Assembly: GCA_965203805.1 (NCBI GenBank)
Contig: OZ241917.1
Coordinates: 896,001-960,000, forward strand
Direction of reading: 5' to 3'
Length of the DNA stretch: 64,000 nt
From: Candidatus Latescibacterota bacterium
Lineage (GTDB): Bacteria; Latescibacterota; UBA2968; GCA-2709665
Of this stretch, positions 46,926-57,212 are shown in pieces; positions within the stretch are counted from its first letter, which is position 1, and the number at the start of each line of letters is the position of its first letter. The notes beneath the pieces were generated by a model. The model was given only the letters and a program-made list of their open reading frames with translations. It did no database searches and was not told where the DNA came from. Position numbers and translations under genes: made by a program.

Positions 46926-47894
46926 CTACTCGATGTCCGCGCGAATCGGCATCTCCGGCCTGCCCTTTCGGCTGATCTTGTCGATCAGCCTCCGATTGAA
47001 CTCGCGCGCGGTATGATACCCTTGAATCTTGAGTTGATAATTCAGCGCGATGGCCTCCGCGATGACCGTGATATTCTTGCCCGGATATATCGGCACGGTC
47101 ACCTGAGGAATCTCGACGTCCAGAATCGACACCCAGTCCTCCTCCAGCCCTACCCGCTCGTAGGACTCGGTCTCGTCCCATTCCACGAGTTGAACGACGA
47201 CCTCAACCCGTTTCTGGATCCGAAACGCGCCGATACCGAACATGTGCCGGACGTTCAGAATTCCCAGACCGCGGACTTCCATATGGTCCCGAAGCGTATC
47301 GCCGCAAGTCCCAACCAGAATACCCTGGAGCTTTCTGGATACCAGCACGATGTCGTCTGCAACCAGCCGGTGTCCGCGCTCGACGAGATCCAATGCGATT
47401 TCACTCTTCCCGATCCCGCTTCGACCGGTAAAGAGAAGACCGATTCCGTAAACATCCACGAGAGACCCGTGGATGGCGGTCCGGGGCGCGAACACGTCGT
47501 CCAGATAGAATGAGAAGAGATGAGAAAACTTCGTGGTCGAGAACGGTGTGACCATCAGCGGAATGCCCCGTTGTCCCGCAAGTTCCAATAGGGTCTCGGG
47601 TACCTCGTTTCCGTCGGTAACCACCACGCAGGGAATGTCGAACTGAAAAACGGTTTCGAGCACCGTACGCAGTCTGCGGGCAGAAAGGCCGTCGACGTAT
47701 AGCATCTCGGAGTTGCCGAGTACTTGCGCGCGGTCAAAAGTGAACAGTCCTACAAATCCCGCCAGGACCAGACCGGGCCTGTGCACGTCGCTGGACGTCA
47801 GTTTCCTGTCCGTGTTTTCGTGGCCGGCGATCAACTTCAGAGCCAGCTTCTCGCCGAATTGTTCAAGGACTTGCGCGATTGATATTTCCTGCAC
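46926..47894 (-). CDS. hprK: HPr(Ser) kinase/phosphorylase
   Basis: HGSLVDVYGIGLLFTGRSGIGKSEIAL, GHRLVADD, MEVRGLGI. Confidence 0.95.
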   Translation of the reverse strand: MQEISIAQVLEQFGEKLALKLIAGHENTDRKLTSSDVHRPGLVLAGFVGLFTFDRAQVLGNSEMLYVDGLSARRLRTVLETVFQFDIPCVVVTDGNEVPETLLELAGQRGIPLMVTPFSTTKFSHLFSFYLDDVFAPRTAIHGSLVDVYGIGLLFTGRSGIGKSEIALDLVERGHRLVADDIVLVSRKLQGILVGTCGDTLRDHMEVRGLGILNVRHMFGIGAFRIQKRVEVVVQLVEWDETESYERVGLEEDWVSILDVEIPQVTVPIYPGKNITVIAEAIALNYQLKIQGYHTAREFNRRLIDKISRKGRPEMPIRADIE

Positions 47895-48033
47895 ACGGTG
47901 CTCCGGGATCCGGCAATGGCGCAAGCCTGAAGATGAGGATCTGGCGACAGATTCCGGATGACCGGGACGCCATTCGCCACCCCGCGGACCAACGCACATA
48001 ACCTTTGGATTCATAGGTTTTTGCAGGCGTCGG

Positions 48034-48062
48034 AATATAGGCCAAAACACCAACCCTGTCAA
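48034..48062 (-). promoter_or_regulatory. Sigma70-type promoter for hprK
   Basis: Minus strand TTGACA-17 nt-TATATT. Confidence 0.7.
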
Positions 48063-48095
48063 GGAGATGGACCCCATCGAGACGGGACTTCGAGC

Positions 48096-48124
48096 TTGAC
48101 TTGACGGGGCCGGGAAGCTATACT
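48096..48124 (+). promoter_or_regulatory. Divergent sigma70-type promoter for the membrane-protein pair
   Basis: TTGACT-17 nt-TATACT. Confidence 0.7.
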
Positions 48125-48179
48125 CCGTGCACGTTCCGATCCCAAGTCACAATGGCAGACCCGAGTACGGGTGGAACCC

Positions 48180-49388
48180 ATGCAATTCATCGCCAGCTTC
48201 TACGTCATCTACGCAATCTGCCTGATCTGCCGAAACCTGTTCGTACGGCGTAAACTTGCCGCGCCTCTCGACAGTCTGCGAACGAGCCACCTGCATTTTG
48301 TTCCGATCGGGTTGGCCGTTGGCTTTATCCTTTCCATGGAGAACGACCTCGCGGCAATCGTTGGAGATATCAAGGAAGGGCTGCTGGGCGTCATACTGGT
48401 CTGGTTCGGCATCGTCACCGGGCTCCGGTTCGACTTTCGCCGCCTGGGACGACGCGCATCGCGTCTTCATGTACTTGAAGGTCTGCAGGTCCTGGGAACC
48501 GCCGCCCTTGTCTTTTTTCTGGCCCTGTTATGGAGGCCGGTGCTGCGTTACCAGATGGGCATCGCGGCCGAACCCGCCCTTGTCGCGTTGCTGCTGGCCA
48601 CGCTGGCAACCACGTTGCGTATGCCGGATCGGGTTTTTTACGTCCGATCCGATCTTTCAACGCCCCACGTCGAAAATGCACCCGCGGGACCGCTGATTAC
48701 CAATGCGGCGGGAATGACGCTGCTTACGGTTCTTTACCCCTATTGTGCGGGCGGAACCGTTCTGGAACTGGGTCCGCTCATGCTGGTCAGCACCGGCAGC
48801 TTCTGGGCGCTGTATGCGTGCGTGGGTGTTCTTCTCGGCCTTTTGCTTACCCTTATATTCAGCACCTTCGAGGACGATGTCCTCTGCGCAATTATCGCGA
48901 CGGGCACCGTCGCTACGGTCGGCGGTCTGTGTGCAGGCAAGGCGATTCCGGGTGTTGTCGTGGGATTCATCTCCGGCGTATGGTTTATCAATACGACCAC
49001 CCGTCGGCGGGACGCGCTGGAAATCCTCGAAAAGACCACGGGCATCCTGCAGCCGGTCTTTTTTCTTGTTATGGGGTCCCTTCTTGTAACACAGAACCTC
49101 ACCGTGTTACGATTGACCGCTTTCACGCTTCTGTTTCTCGTTGCCAGAAGCCTGGCGAGGGGAATCAGCCTGGCGGTTGCCGCCCGCGTGACCCGCTGCC
49201 CCGTTTCGCTGACCGATATTATCGGTTCCGCGCTCAGGCCCCTCGGTACGTTGTCTGTCGCGCTGGCAGCGCAGCTGCTCCTGCTGGATTCCGGGCCCAA
49301 CCTCTATGCCCTCACCGCTGTTGTCATGATTGCGGCCGCGATCGGTCAGGTGATCCCGTTACCGAAACCTCGAGACGCTGCCGGCTGA
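48180..49388 (+). CDS. Multi-pass membrane protein, divergent cation:proton antiporter (CPA2)-like
   Basis: About 12 hydrophobic segments; GLRFDF and PVFFLVMG resemble CPA2 motifs. Confidence 0.6.
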   Translation: MQFIASFYVIYAICLICRNLFVRRKLAAPLDSLRTSHLHFVPIGLAVGFILSMENDLAAIVGDIKEGLLGVILVWFGIVTGLRFDFRRLGRRASRLHVLEGLQVLGTAALVFFLALLWRPVLRYQMGIAAEPALVALLLATLATTLRMPDRVFYVRSDLSTPHVENAPAGPLITNAAGMTLLTVLYPYCAGGTVLELGPLMLVSTGSFWALYACVGVLLGLLLTLIFSTFEDDVLCAIIATGTVATVGGLCAGKAIPGVVVGFISGVWFINTTTRRRDALEILEKTTGILQPVFFLVMGSLLVTQNLTVLRLTAFTLLFLVARSLARGISLAVAARVTRCPVSLTDIIGSALRPLGTLSVALAAQLLLLDSGPNLYALTAVVMIAAAIGQVIPLPKPRDAAG

Positions 49389-49403
49389 GGCGAAACGCAG
49401 GGA

Positions 49404-50645
49404 ATGCATCGAATGAGGCGGTTCCTTATCTGCGCCATTGTATGTGCGGTTGTCTGGGGAGCCCAGCACCATTTTCCGGAAGCGATTCCACCCGTGGCGT
49501 ACGTCGGTCTCATGCTGGTGGTACCGATGACCCTGGCAAACGCGTTGACAGGGTCTCGCGTTCCCGCCCACGTTATCCCTCTCTTACTGGGATTTCTGGC
49601 CAGCGGTTCAGGACTTCGGCACGCGGGAGCATTCATTGCCGCCGCACCGTTTGCGGAACTCGCGCAGGCGTGGGTCGGGCTGTACCTGGGCGCCTGTTTT
49701 TCGTATCATCGGATCCTCAGCAAGAATCTTGGTGCAGCCACCCTGCTCTCCCTGGGCGCGACATCTGTCCCGGCCGCGCTGGCGTTATTTCTGTTCCTGG
49801 AACTCTCTGCCGTCCAGGCAATCCGTCTCGGTCTGCTTGCCGCGATGTCCGGACCGATATTCACGCTCATTTCTCAACCGGACCGGCGTGAGGCCCTGTC
49901 CTTCTCGCTTCTGGTTACGATGTTGGGTCTCTCATGCTGGTTCGTGACCGACCTCATCGTGAGCACGCCCGACCTGTACAGGGTCATTCCGTCGATATTG
50001 GTGTGGATGGTGGGCGTGGAACTCATCGCGAGGATAGCGCATACAGTCAGAACCGGACAGGGCGGTCAGGTTCTGTTCGGCGCGATTGTGGCGACACTCT
50101 TCGTCTGTGCGCAGGTGATGCATATTTCACCGCTGTTCCTGGCGCTCGTGACCGGTGCGGGGGTTACCGCCCGGTCCGGGAGGTCGGGGCAATCCCTGCG
50201 GGCGATGGAACCGCTGGCGGTTCCGCTCTCACATATCGTACTCGTGTATTTTGCGGCCGGCCTCGACCTTTCCGGCCTTCTGGGACTATCCGCGCTCCAT
50301 TGGAAGATTCTGGTCATCTATGCAGCCGCCATGCTCTTCGGTAAGACCGCCGGTGGTCTCACCGCCGCACGTTACGCAGGTCTATTCCTCAGGGACTGGT
50401 CGCAGACGCTTCCTCAGGGGGTCGTCGTCTTCATACTTCTGCCCGAAGTGTTCCCGCCGGGGTCGGAGCAGGCCATTGGCGACGGGCTGACTGCCGGCGT
50501 GGTCCTTACGTGCGGCATCGTCATCCCGCTGCTGGCGGCTCCCGTTCTTTTCATGTCCGATCGCATGGATCGCCGGCGCGTTCCGAAACCCATGGGGCTG
50601 GAAGAAAAGAAGCCATCCGCAAGCGGGATGGCCAATACTCCATAG
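49404..50645 (+). CDS. Multi-pass membrane protein, second divergent CPA-like subunit
   Basis: About 12 hydrophobic segments; YFAAGLDL, GK and LPQGVV resemble CPA2 C-terminal motifs; starts 15 nt after the previous gene. Confidence 0.6.
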   Translation: MHRMRRFLICAIVCAVVWGAQHHFPEAIPPVAYVGLMLVVPMTLANALTGSRVPAHVIPLLLGFLASGSGLRHAGAFIAAAPFAELAQAWVGLYLGACFSYHRILSKNLGAATLLSLGATSVPAALALFLFLELSAVQAIRLGLLAAMSGPIFTLISQPDRREALSFSLLVTMLGLSCWFVTDLIVSTPDLYRVIPSILVWMVGVELIARIAHTVRTGQGGQVLFGAIVATLFVCAQVMHISPLFLALVTGAGVTARSGRSGQSLRAMEPLAVPLSHIVLVYFAAGLDLSGLLGLSALHWKILVIYAAAMLFGKTAGGLTAARYAGLFLRDWSQTLPQGVVVFILLPEVFPPGSEQAIGDGLTAGVVLTCGIVIPLLAAPVLFMSDRMDRRRVPKPMGLEEKKPSASGMANTP

Positions 50646-50676
50646 AACGCAGAATCGACCTGCTGAGGGCAGGACG

Positions 50677-51924
50677 CTAATTCAGCCAGCCGGACACGGA
50701 GAACGTCTGCATGACAAAACGCTCCGAAGCCCCGTGTCGGGTCACGTCACCCCGCCTGCCGAATTCAATGACGTAACGAAAACTGCCGGCGCTGCGAGTC
50801 TCGAACGGCAATGCAATTCCCAGACTGACGCCCGTCTCTCCAATCTGCGAGTCTCCGACGGTCTTGAAATAGAGCGACCGGTAGTAGGCTCCTGCGGTGA
50901 GTTCGACCCGTCGACGGGTACTACGGGGATCGGGGTCGCCGGTTCTGTACAGGACACCGCCCGCCAGGTCGGTGGTATTGTAGCGGCCCGCTCCCGTTTT
51001 TTCCCAGAATGCCCGCTCGAAGTCGAGCGCGGCCAGCCAGCGGGAACCCTCGCGATATGCCAGCCCCGCACCAAGACTCGCCGGCATTTTTATATCCAGT
51101 TCCGAACGCGTCTCCTCTTCGAATCCTATTTCCGCGAAGAAGTTCCGCAAAATGCGAGTCTGGGTGACGGTCGATGCCACCCGGAACGAGGCCCCGAGGA
51201 ACCACTTTCCGTCCAGGGTATATACGGCGCCGAGCGTGGGTTGCGCGCCACTGTGTGTGCGTACGTACCGATCCTCGCTGTTCAGGAATTCCGGAATCTG
51301 CCGATTGTTGGCATCTATCAGGAAAGACCCCGCCGACCCGTCCGGCCCGCGAAGACCGAAATCCTTCGTCCATGTTTCCGTGATGGTTCCGATGGATATG
51401 ACACTCAGGTTTCCGCCCAGGAGAAAGCCGCCCCACCGTTGTGCGAGTCCGAATGTAAACGCCTGAATGCCACCGGTTGCACTGACCCGCAGTGTGTAGG
51501 GAACTGATGTGGTGCTGTCGAGTTTGACGAGGTCGAAGTCGAGGTCGGTCAACGGCTCCAGGCCCACGCCAAGGACTGTACCGTCCAGGACGGGTAAGAC
51601 GACCTGAAATGCCCCGATATCGCCCTCCGAAACCACGTGCCGACTGCGCCCGTCATTCAGAGAGCGGCGCTGTACAAAGAAGCGACTCTGCAGGCCGGCG
51701 CGCGAAAATGCGGCCATAAGCGCGGGATTTGCCGAACTGAAATTCTGGCTGTCGGCAAGCGCACGGCCGGCGCCCCCCATGCCCCTCGCTCGCACGTCGA
51801 CACGACGTTCGGAATCTCCCACGCCATTGAAGGAGAAAATCGATTTCGCAGAGGGCGAATCCACCCAGGCGCTGATAACAAGAAAGCCGAACGTTGTCGC
51901 TGAAATTCTGCTGAAACGTTTCAC
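50677..51924 (-). CDS. Outer-membrane beta-barrel protein (FadL/OmpP1-like)
   Basis: Signal peptide, RGMGGAG and NPA plug motifs, alternating amphipathic strands. Confidence 0.75.
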   Translation of the reverse strand: MKRFSRISATTFGFLVISAWVDSPSAKSIFSFNGVGDSERRVDVRARGMGGAGRALADSQNFSSANPALMAAFSRAGLQSRFFVQRRSLNDGRSRHVVSEGDIGAFQVVLPVLDGTVLGVGLEPLTDLDFDLVKLDSTTSVPYTLRVSATGGIQAFTFGLAQRWGGFLLGGNLSVISIGTITETWTKDFGLRGPDGSAGSFLIDANNRQIPEFLNSEDRYVRTHSGAQPTLGAVYTLDGKWFLGASFRVASTVTQTRILRNFFAEIGFEEETRSELDIKMPASLGAGLAYREGSRWLAALDFERAFWEKTGAGRYNTTDLAGGVLYRTGDPDPRSTRRRVELTAGAYYRSLYFKTVGDSQIGETGVSLGIALPFETRSAGSFRYVIEFGRRGDVTRHGASERFVMQTFSVSGWLN

Positions 51925-51947
51925 ATTCTTCCTCGCAATAGACGATG

Positions 51948-53111
51948 CTATGGATCGGGGGGCGTTGAGTATATCACCTTCAACATGGGCTCATGGAACA
52001 CGACCCAATTGACATTCCAGTTCCGGCGGTCGGTAATCGGAGTGCTCAACGCGAGTCCGAGATTACGCGTCGTCCCGGAGAGCCAGCCCTGAACGAGGGT
52101 CTGGTCCATGGCGTAAGACGCCTTCTGTGCGTCGAATTGCCACGAATTGACGACGGAGAACGTTGTGTCCCCTGTGGCGGAGTCGAGGTTGATCCGTTCG
52201 ACAGAAAAAGTAAACGTCTCGAACATCGATTGCGACCGGTCGTAGTTCAACCGCAACTCCGAAGACGTTACCGTTGCGCCCCGCGGAATGCTGTCGGGAA
52301 GATCGAAGCGGAATACCGGGCTTAGCCTTACAGTCGTAGAAAGGACCAGCATCCCCGGCTCGGGTCCGTCCCTCGCGGGCCAGTACGTATCCTCCGACAC
52401 ATCCGCCACATACGTGTGTGTGTTGCCGCCCGTCGAGTACGTTACACTCAGTTCCGGCAGCCGGTCGGCATTTTCAGGCAGGGCGTCGTCCCGGGAGACC
52501 AGACTCGTAAAAAACCGTGAGCCCGCGGCGGGCTGCAGCAGCAGATCGATCGACGCGGCCTCCGGATTCTCAAGCATTTCGGACGTGAAGTACTCGGGCG
52601 GCAGGTCGATCTCGATCAGACTATCGCCCGGAGACGAGACGGCCGCCCCGTTAATCGGGGATGACGCAATCGTCACAGCGGTGTGATTGACCGTATCGGC
52701 AAACGCGTCCAGCTCATCCCACGCCTCTTCCGGACGGAGTACCTGCAGTTCCTCGACACCTCTCGTGAGCTCACGCTTCCAGATTCGCAACCGGACGGAG
52801 CGAACGTCCGGCGGCGCGGCGCCGGCAGACGCCGAGACCAGGGAATCCGGATCCAGGCTGACCCTTATCAGAGACCTGAGCACGATACCGCCCATCCGGC
52901 CGACCATCAGCGTGTCGCTCTCACCGAACGCACGACTGAACGTACCCTCGAACCGCGTCGAGCCGCCCCGGGACGGCAGCAGCGGAAGCTCCACGACCCT
53001 GCCCTGCCCGCGGGCAACCAGATCCGAACCGACCGGATTCTCCTGTCTGTCGCCGCAGCCCGGTAACAGCGCCCCAATCAGCATGATCGTCAAAAGTTGC
53101 CGGCGACACAT
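51948..53111 (-). CDS. Hypothetical lipoprotein
   Basis: MCRRQLLTIMLIGALLPGC lipobox; beta-rich mature domain. Confidence 0.7.
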   Translation of the reverse strand: MCRRQLLTIMLIGALLPGCGDRQENPVGSDLVARGQGRVVELPLLPSRGGSTRFEGTFSRAFGESDTLMVGRMGGIVLRSLIRVSLDPDSLVSASAGAAPPDVRSVRLRIWKRELTRGVEELQVLRPEEAWDELDAFADTVNHTAVTIASSPINGAAVSSPGDSLIEIDLPPEYFTSEMLENPEAASIDLLLQPAAGSRFFTSLVSRDDALPENADRLPELSVTYSTGGNTHTYVADVSEDTYWPARDGPEPGMLVLSTTVRLSPVFRFDLPDSIPRGATVTSSELRLNYDRSQSMFETFTFSVERINLDSATGDTTFSVVNSWQFDAQKASYAMDQTLVQGWLSGTTRNLGLALSTPITDRRNWNVNWVVFHEPMLKVIYSTPPDP

Positions 53112-53205
53112 GCGCGCGCACCTCGCGATTTCGCCCTTCCTGGTTATCGTCGTTTTCCTCATCCTGTAACGCTCGATGCGGGAATTCGTTCCTGCGCGTC
53201 GGGAT

Positions 53206-53733
53206 TCAATGGACCCGCTCTATCAAGATGTCGGCCTGCTGTTCACCCGCGGCAATCGGATTCTTCGCGCACGCACCCTCCATATCGCCGGGCTGCGGGC
53301 CTACGAAACCGTCCCGGTCGATTTTGGCCACCATGTACATTTCGGGAATCTCCGCCAGTACGATTCCGTCGCCGAACATTCGCGCCACGTCGGACTGGGT
53401 GAGGGTGTATTCGTACGGAAGCGCGGGCATCGGAATCCGCTTGAGGGCATACGGCGGGCCTCCGTCGGGGCGCTCGCGCGCGATGATAAACAGATAGGCC
53501 CCGGCCGGTATGTCGCGCCGCAGCTCCCGCTTGATCCGAACTGTTCCCCGAACCGTCTTTCCGCCGGGTTCTTTGGATGGCGCACGGGCCGTCGCTACGG
53601 GAGGATGCCCCGCCGGCAGGGCCGGCCGCCGCGGTTTCGGCGACGGATGCGCACCTTCCTCGTAGTGCTGATCGCAAGCGCAGATAAACAGAAACCCTGC
53701 CAGAATTACCAGGATACGATTGATAGGCATCAT
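53206..53733 (-). CDS. Lipoprotein resembling the C-terminal domain of CcmI/CycH
   Basis: Lipobox FICAC, LPAGHPP, LFIIAR...GPPYALKR, AKIDRDG...PGDMEG. Confidence 0.65.
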   Translation of the reverse strand: MMPINRILVILAGFLFICACDQHYEEGAHPSPKPRRPALPAGHPPVATARAPSKEPGGKTVRGTVRIKRELRRDIPAGAYLFIIARERPDGGPPYALKRIPMPALPYEYTLTQSDVARMFGDGIVLAEIPEMYMVAKIDRDGFVGPQPGDMEGACAKNPIAAGEQQADILIERVH

Positions 53734-53806
53734 ACGTCCACGTCGGGCAAAAAAACGGGCCGGACTTGCAAAAGCCGGACCGGAGACACCCAATGCAAAC
53801 ATGGCG

Positions 53807-54586
53807 TTAACGGGCGTGCGCCCCTGCGAAGATTTCCTCTTCCGTCATCGTCAGAAGCGCCGGTTCGTCATCGGTGACCGCCACGACATGTTCGAAATGC
53901 GCTGAAGGCAAATTGTCTCTGGCAGACGCCGTCCATCCGTCGTCGGCGAGTACGACATCGGGTCTTCCAAGGTTGACCATCGGTTCAACCGCTATGACGA
54001 TTCCCCGCCGCAGGCGCGGATTTTTTTCCAGTGGCACGTAGTTCGGCACCGCGGGGTCTTCGTGAAGGCTGCGTCCGATCCCGTGCCCGACGAACTGGCG
54101 CACCACAGAAAATCCGTGTGCCTCCACCCACTGCTGGATGGAGCCGCAAACGTCCTCGAGGCGGCCGCCCTCCCGTGCGCCTTCGATACCTTTAAAAAGA
54201 GATTCCCGCGTTACCCTTATCAACTTCCGGATTTCCGGTGTCACGTCGCCTATGGCATACGATATCGCCTGGTCTCCGTAATATCCCATCAGTCTGGCGC
54301 CGATGTCGATGCTGACAAGGTCGCCTTCCCGAATTTCCCGCTCTCCGGGTATCCCATGTACAACTTGCTCATTGATGGAGATACAGGTGGCCGCAGGATA
54401 ACCGTGGTATCCTTTAAAGGCCGGAGATGCGCCGTGATCGCGAATCAATTCCTCCGCGACACGGTCCAGACTCGACGTAGGGACTCCTGGTCGAATCCAT
54501 TCCCTCAGGGCCCGATGCGCAAGCCCGACAATCCGGCAGGCGTCGCGAATTTTCTTCAGTTCCCTTTTCGAGCGGAGCGCGATCAA
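53807..54586 (-). CDS. map: Type I methionine aminopeptidase
   Basis: CISINEQVVHGIP, IDIG, GD, GHGIG..LHEDP, AVEPM, SAHFEH. Confidence 0.96.
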   Translation of the reverse strand: MIALRSKRELKKIRDACRIVGLAHRALREWIRPGVPTSSLDRVAEELIRDHGASPAFKGYHGYPAATCISINEQVVHGIPGEREIREGDLVSIDIGARLMGYYGDQAISYAIGDVTPEIRKLIRVTRESLFKGIEGAREGGRLEDVCGSIQQWVEAHGFSVVRQFVGHGIGRSLHEDPAVPNYVPLEKNPRLRRGIVIAVEPMVNLGRPDVVLADDGWTASARDNLPSAHFEHVVAVTDDEPALLTMTEEEIFAGAHAR

Positions 54587-54708
54587 TCTCTCACCTGTAG
54601 CCGATGTAGACGCGGGTAGGGTGCCGAAGGTTCTAATTTAACAAAAAGTAATATAAAAACAAGCACTAAGAAGCTGTCTTGAATTCCCCGGCGGTCTTCG
54701 CGCGGCGA

Positions 54709-57141
54709 TCACGGCAGGCCGAAATAAATCGCAAAAATGAGGAAGTCCTGAAAGTCGACGAAACCGGTGCCATCCAGATCGTGAATCGGGCTCTCCGTGC
54801 CGAATGCTCCTGCGAAAGCAATGAAGTCGGCGAAATTTACTGCGCCGTCTTTGTTGAAATCCCCTTTTAACGTCTTGACGATGGTCCATTTGCGTTCCGC
54901 CGACTCCTGTCCGGCGGAGACGACGACAGCGACCTCGTCGTCCGCTTCGGTAGCGGGAACCGAGATCAGGAGCGACGGACCCGTCTCTTCCACGGGAACG
55001 CCGTCTACAGACCAGGCGTAACGCAGTACATCACCGTCCGGGTCCTGCGCCGTCACGGAAAACCGGAGCCTCTCCCCCGGCGCGCCCAATACGAGCCTGC
55101 GAGCCGGATCCGTGTCGAGAATCCTGGGCGGACGATCGACATTCGTCACGTGAACGTTCACGCCGACGCGTACCTGGTTGATGCCGTCGCTGACCTGGAA
55201 TCGAATCTCGTAAGTCCGGTCGCCCTGATCGTATCGAGGCGTCCATGTGAAGCGGTTTTCATCCAACCTCGCCCCTGCCGGGAGATTCTCGGCCGTAAAT
55301 TCAAGATCATCGCCTTCTTCGTCTTCTGCATTGATGAGTATTGCCAGGGGCCGCCCTTCCGCAATGGTGGTATCGGCAATTCCGGAGATCACAGGGGGCA
55401 GATTGCCCGTTGCGGTCTGGCCGAAGACCACCCAGGCGACGGAGGGCGGTGCGCCCGCCGCGGTGGCGGATACCTCCACAACTGTGGTTCCTCTCCCGGT
55501 GGCTGCAATTTCGATCGAGTCCACCTCCGTCGTAAAGGATGAGAGATCGTCCTGCCCGGGCACCGTCAACGTCCTATCGCCGCTTGTGCGCCTGACGGCC
55601 CAGGTTACCCCCGCACCCGCGGCTCCGCGGGCGCCCACGTTCACCCGGTCTGCGTCCGCCGGCAGGCGGGCGAACGGAACCCCGAAACCACCTGCGGTAA
55701 GCCTCAGCGGCCCTGTTTTTCCATCAGTCGATTCGACTTTTGAAATCGTGTAGTCGTACACGAAATCCTGCCCGTCCAGTGCGTCTGAGATCGGTAGAAA
55801 TACGATATTGTCGTATTGTCCGGCGTCCGGGATCTCCAGCGTTGTGCCCACAGGGCGCAACAGGCCGACCCCGTCGGTATCGATCAGCATTGCCCAGAAC
55901 TGCCAGCTTCCCTCGCCGGCCAGATCAAAATCGGCCCGAAGGCCGCCCCGCAGACCCTTTGTCAAAACCTGAACGTACTCCGATGCCAGATGGTCGACCG
56001 TTCCGGAACCGGATGCCTGGTCGCTCACTGTCAGCGCGACGGTTCTGACCGCCGCCGCGGGCTGATAGAATACTCCCTCTTCGTAAAAACCTTCACGGAA
56101 GCGTGTTCCGGTGAAATAGTTGGATATCACGTAACCCGCCAGCGTTTCCGAAAAGCCCCCGGCAGGCATTACCGGATCCAGCGTCCTGATATCGTACACC
56201 GTGGAGTTCCGCTTGCCCAGCCCCTCCCATGTCTGCCTGACGGTTCTTCTTCCGAAAGTCTGATCCAGGTAATGCACGTACACACAGGCGCCATACTGAT
56301 GCCCGTCCGCCAGGCTGGGCTGCCAGTCCAGGGAAACGGCCGGAGACTCCAGAACGAAGCGGGTGTACTGGAAATAGTCGTTCACGTCGTCGTAGGCCAC
56401 GTCTTCCATCCAGGTTGCCGTCGCCTCGTGCCACCACGACAGTTTTCGTGCGTTGTAGGCGAACTGTACAGCGTGGAAGAACTCGTGCGCCACGGTGACA
56501 TGGAGTCCGTCCAGCCCGCGAGTCGCATAGATCCTGTCCGTGTAGTTGTTGTCGACGGTCAGATAGGCCGCGGTCACGGAATCGGGCAGTTTTTCGGGCC
56601 AGGTCTGCCCGTATACACCCCGGGTTCCCAACTGCTGAATATAGACGTCGAAGCGTCCGTCGCCGTCATCGAGTGGAACGCGGTACCCCAGATGGTCGAT
56701 CTGAAGCGCCCAGGTGGCATCGAACGTGGCCGCCACCTCCTGCACATAGTCCGGAACCCCGTTTCCGTCGGCGTCGACCGGCGCCACGGCATGCTGCCCC
56801 CTCGTGTCGTAGTGGACGAGGAAACGGCCGCCCGGAGAGACGATGCTGTCCGTCATTGAGGGCCTTTGAAACACGTGAGCGAACGCCTGCTGTGTGTTTT
56901 TGCTCAGCCTGGGCCACTGGGTGGCCAGGGCCATGATTACGGGTGTTCCGCAGATCGCACGGTTATGAAAGTAGGGGCTGTCCATCGGCAGCAGATCGGG
57001 CCGGAAAACCGCGGCCGACCGGTTGAAGAGTTCGACTTCCAGATCACGCGGCAGCGGAGACAGATCGGGCGGCGTCTCGGCAGTTGCCTCGACCCCGCCC
57101 ATCAGGATTAAAACCAGGAAGACGCGAGTTGACCGGTTCAT
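54709..57141 (-). CDS. Secreted Zn-metalloprotease-like protein with Ig-like domains and dockerin/EF-hand-like tail
   Basis: Signal peptide; DADGNGVPDY; VTVAHEFFHAVQF..WWHEATATWME; NLPAGA..FTWTP Ig repeat; GDFNKDGAVNFADF / DLDGTGFVDFQDF. Confidence 0.85.
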   Translation of the reverse strand: MNRSTRVFLVLILMGGVEATAETPPDLSPLPRDLEVELFNRSAAVFRPDLLPMDSPYFHNRAICGTPVIMALATQWPRLSKNTQQAFAHVFQRPSMTDSIVSPGGRFLVHYDTRGQHAVAPVDADGNGVPDYVQEVAATFDATWALQIDHLGYRVPLDDGDGRFDVYIQQLGTRGVYGQTWPEKLPDSVTAAYLTVDNNYTDRIYATRGLDGLHVTVAHEFFHAVQFAYNARKLSWWHEATATWMEDVAYDDVNDYFQYTRFVLESPAVSLDWQPSLADGHQYGACVYVHYLDQTFGRRTVRQTWEGLGKRNSTVYDIRTLDPVMPAGGFSETLAGYVISNYFTGTRFREGFYEEGVFYQPAAAVRTVALTVSDQASGSGTVDHLASEYVQVLTKGLRGGLRADFDLAGEGSWQFWAMLIDTDGVGLLRPVGTTLEIPDAGQYDNIVFLPISDALDGQDFVYDYTISKVESTDGKTGPLRLTAGGFGVPFARLPADADRVNVGARGAAGAGVTWAVRRTSGDRTLTVPGQDDLSSFTTEVDSIEIAATGRGTTVVEVSATAAGAPPSVAWVVFGQTATGNLPPVISGIADTTIAEGRPLAILINAEDEEGDDLEFTAENLPAGARLDENRFTWTPRYDQGDRTYEIRFQVSDGINQVRVGVNVHVTNVDRPPRILDTDPARRLVLGAPGERLRFSVTAQDPDGDVLRYAWSVDGVPVEETGPSLLISVPATEADDEVAVVVSAGQESAERKWTIVKTLKGDFNKDGAVNFADFIAFAGAFGTESPIHDLDGTGFVDFQDFLIFAIYFGLP

Positions 57142-57212
57142 CGTATATACGACCCTCTGCGTGGCAGGATTCGGACGCATGACGACGCATCATATGCGTC
57201 CCATCGGCGGCG

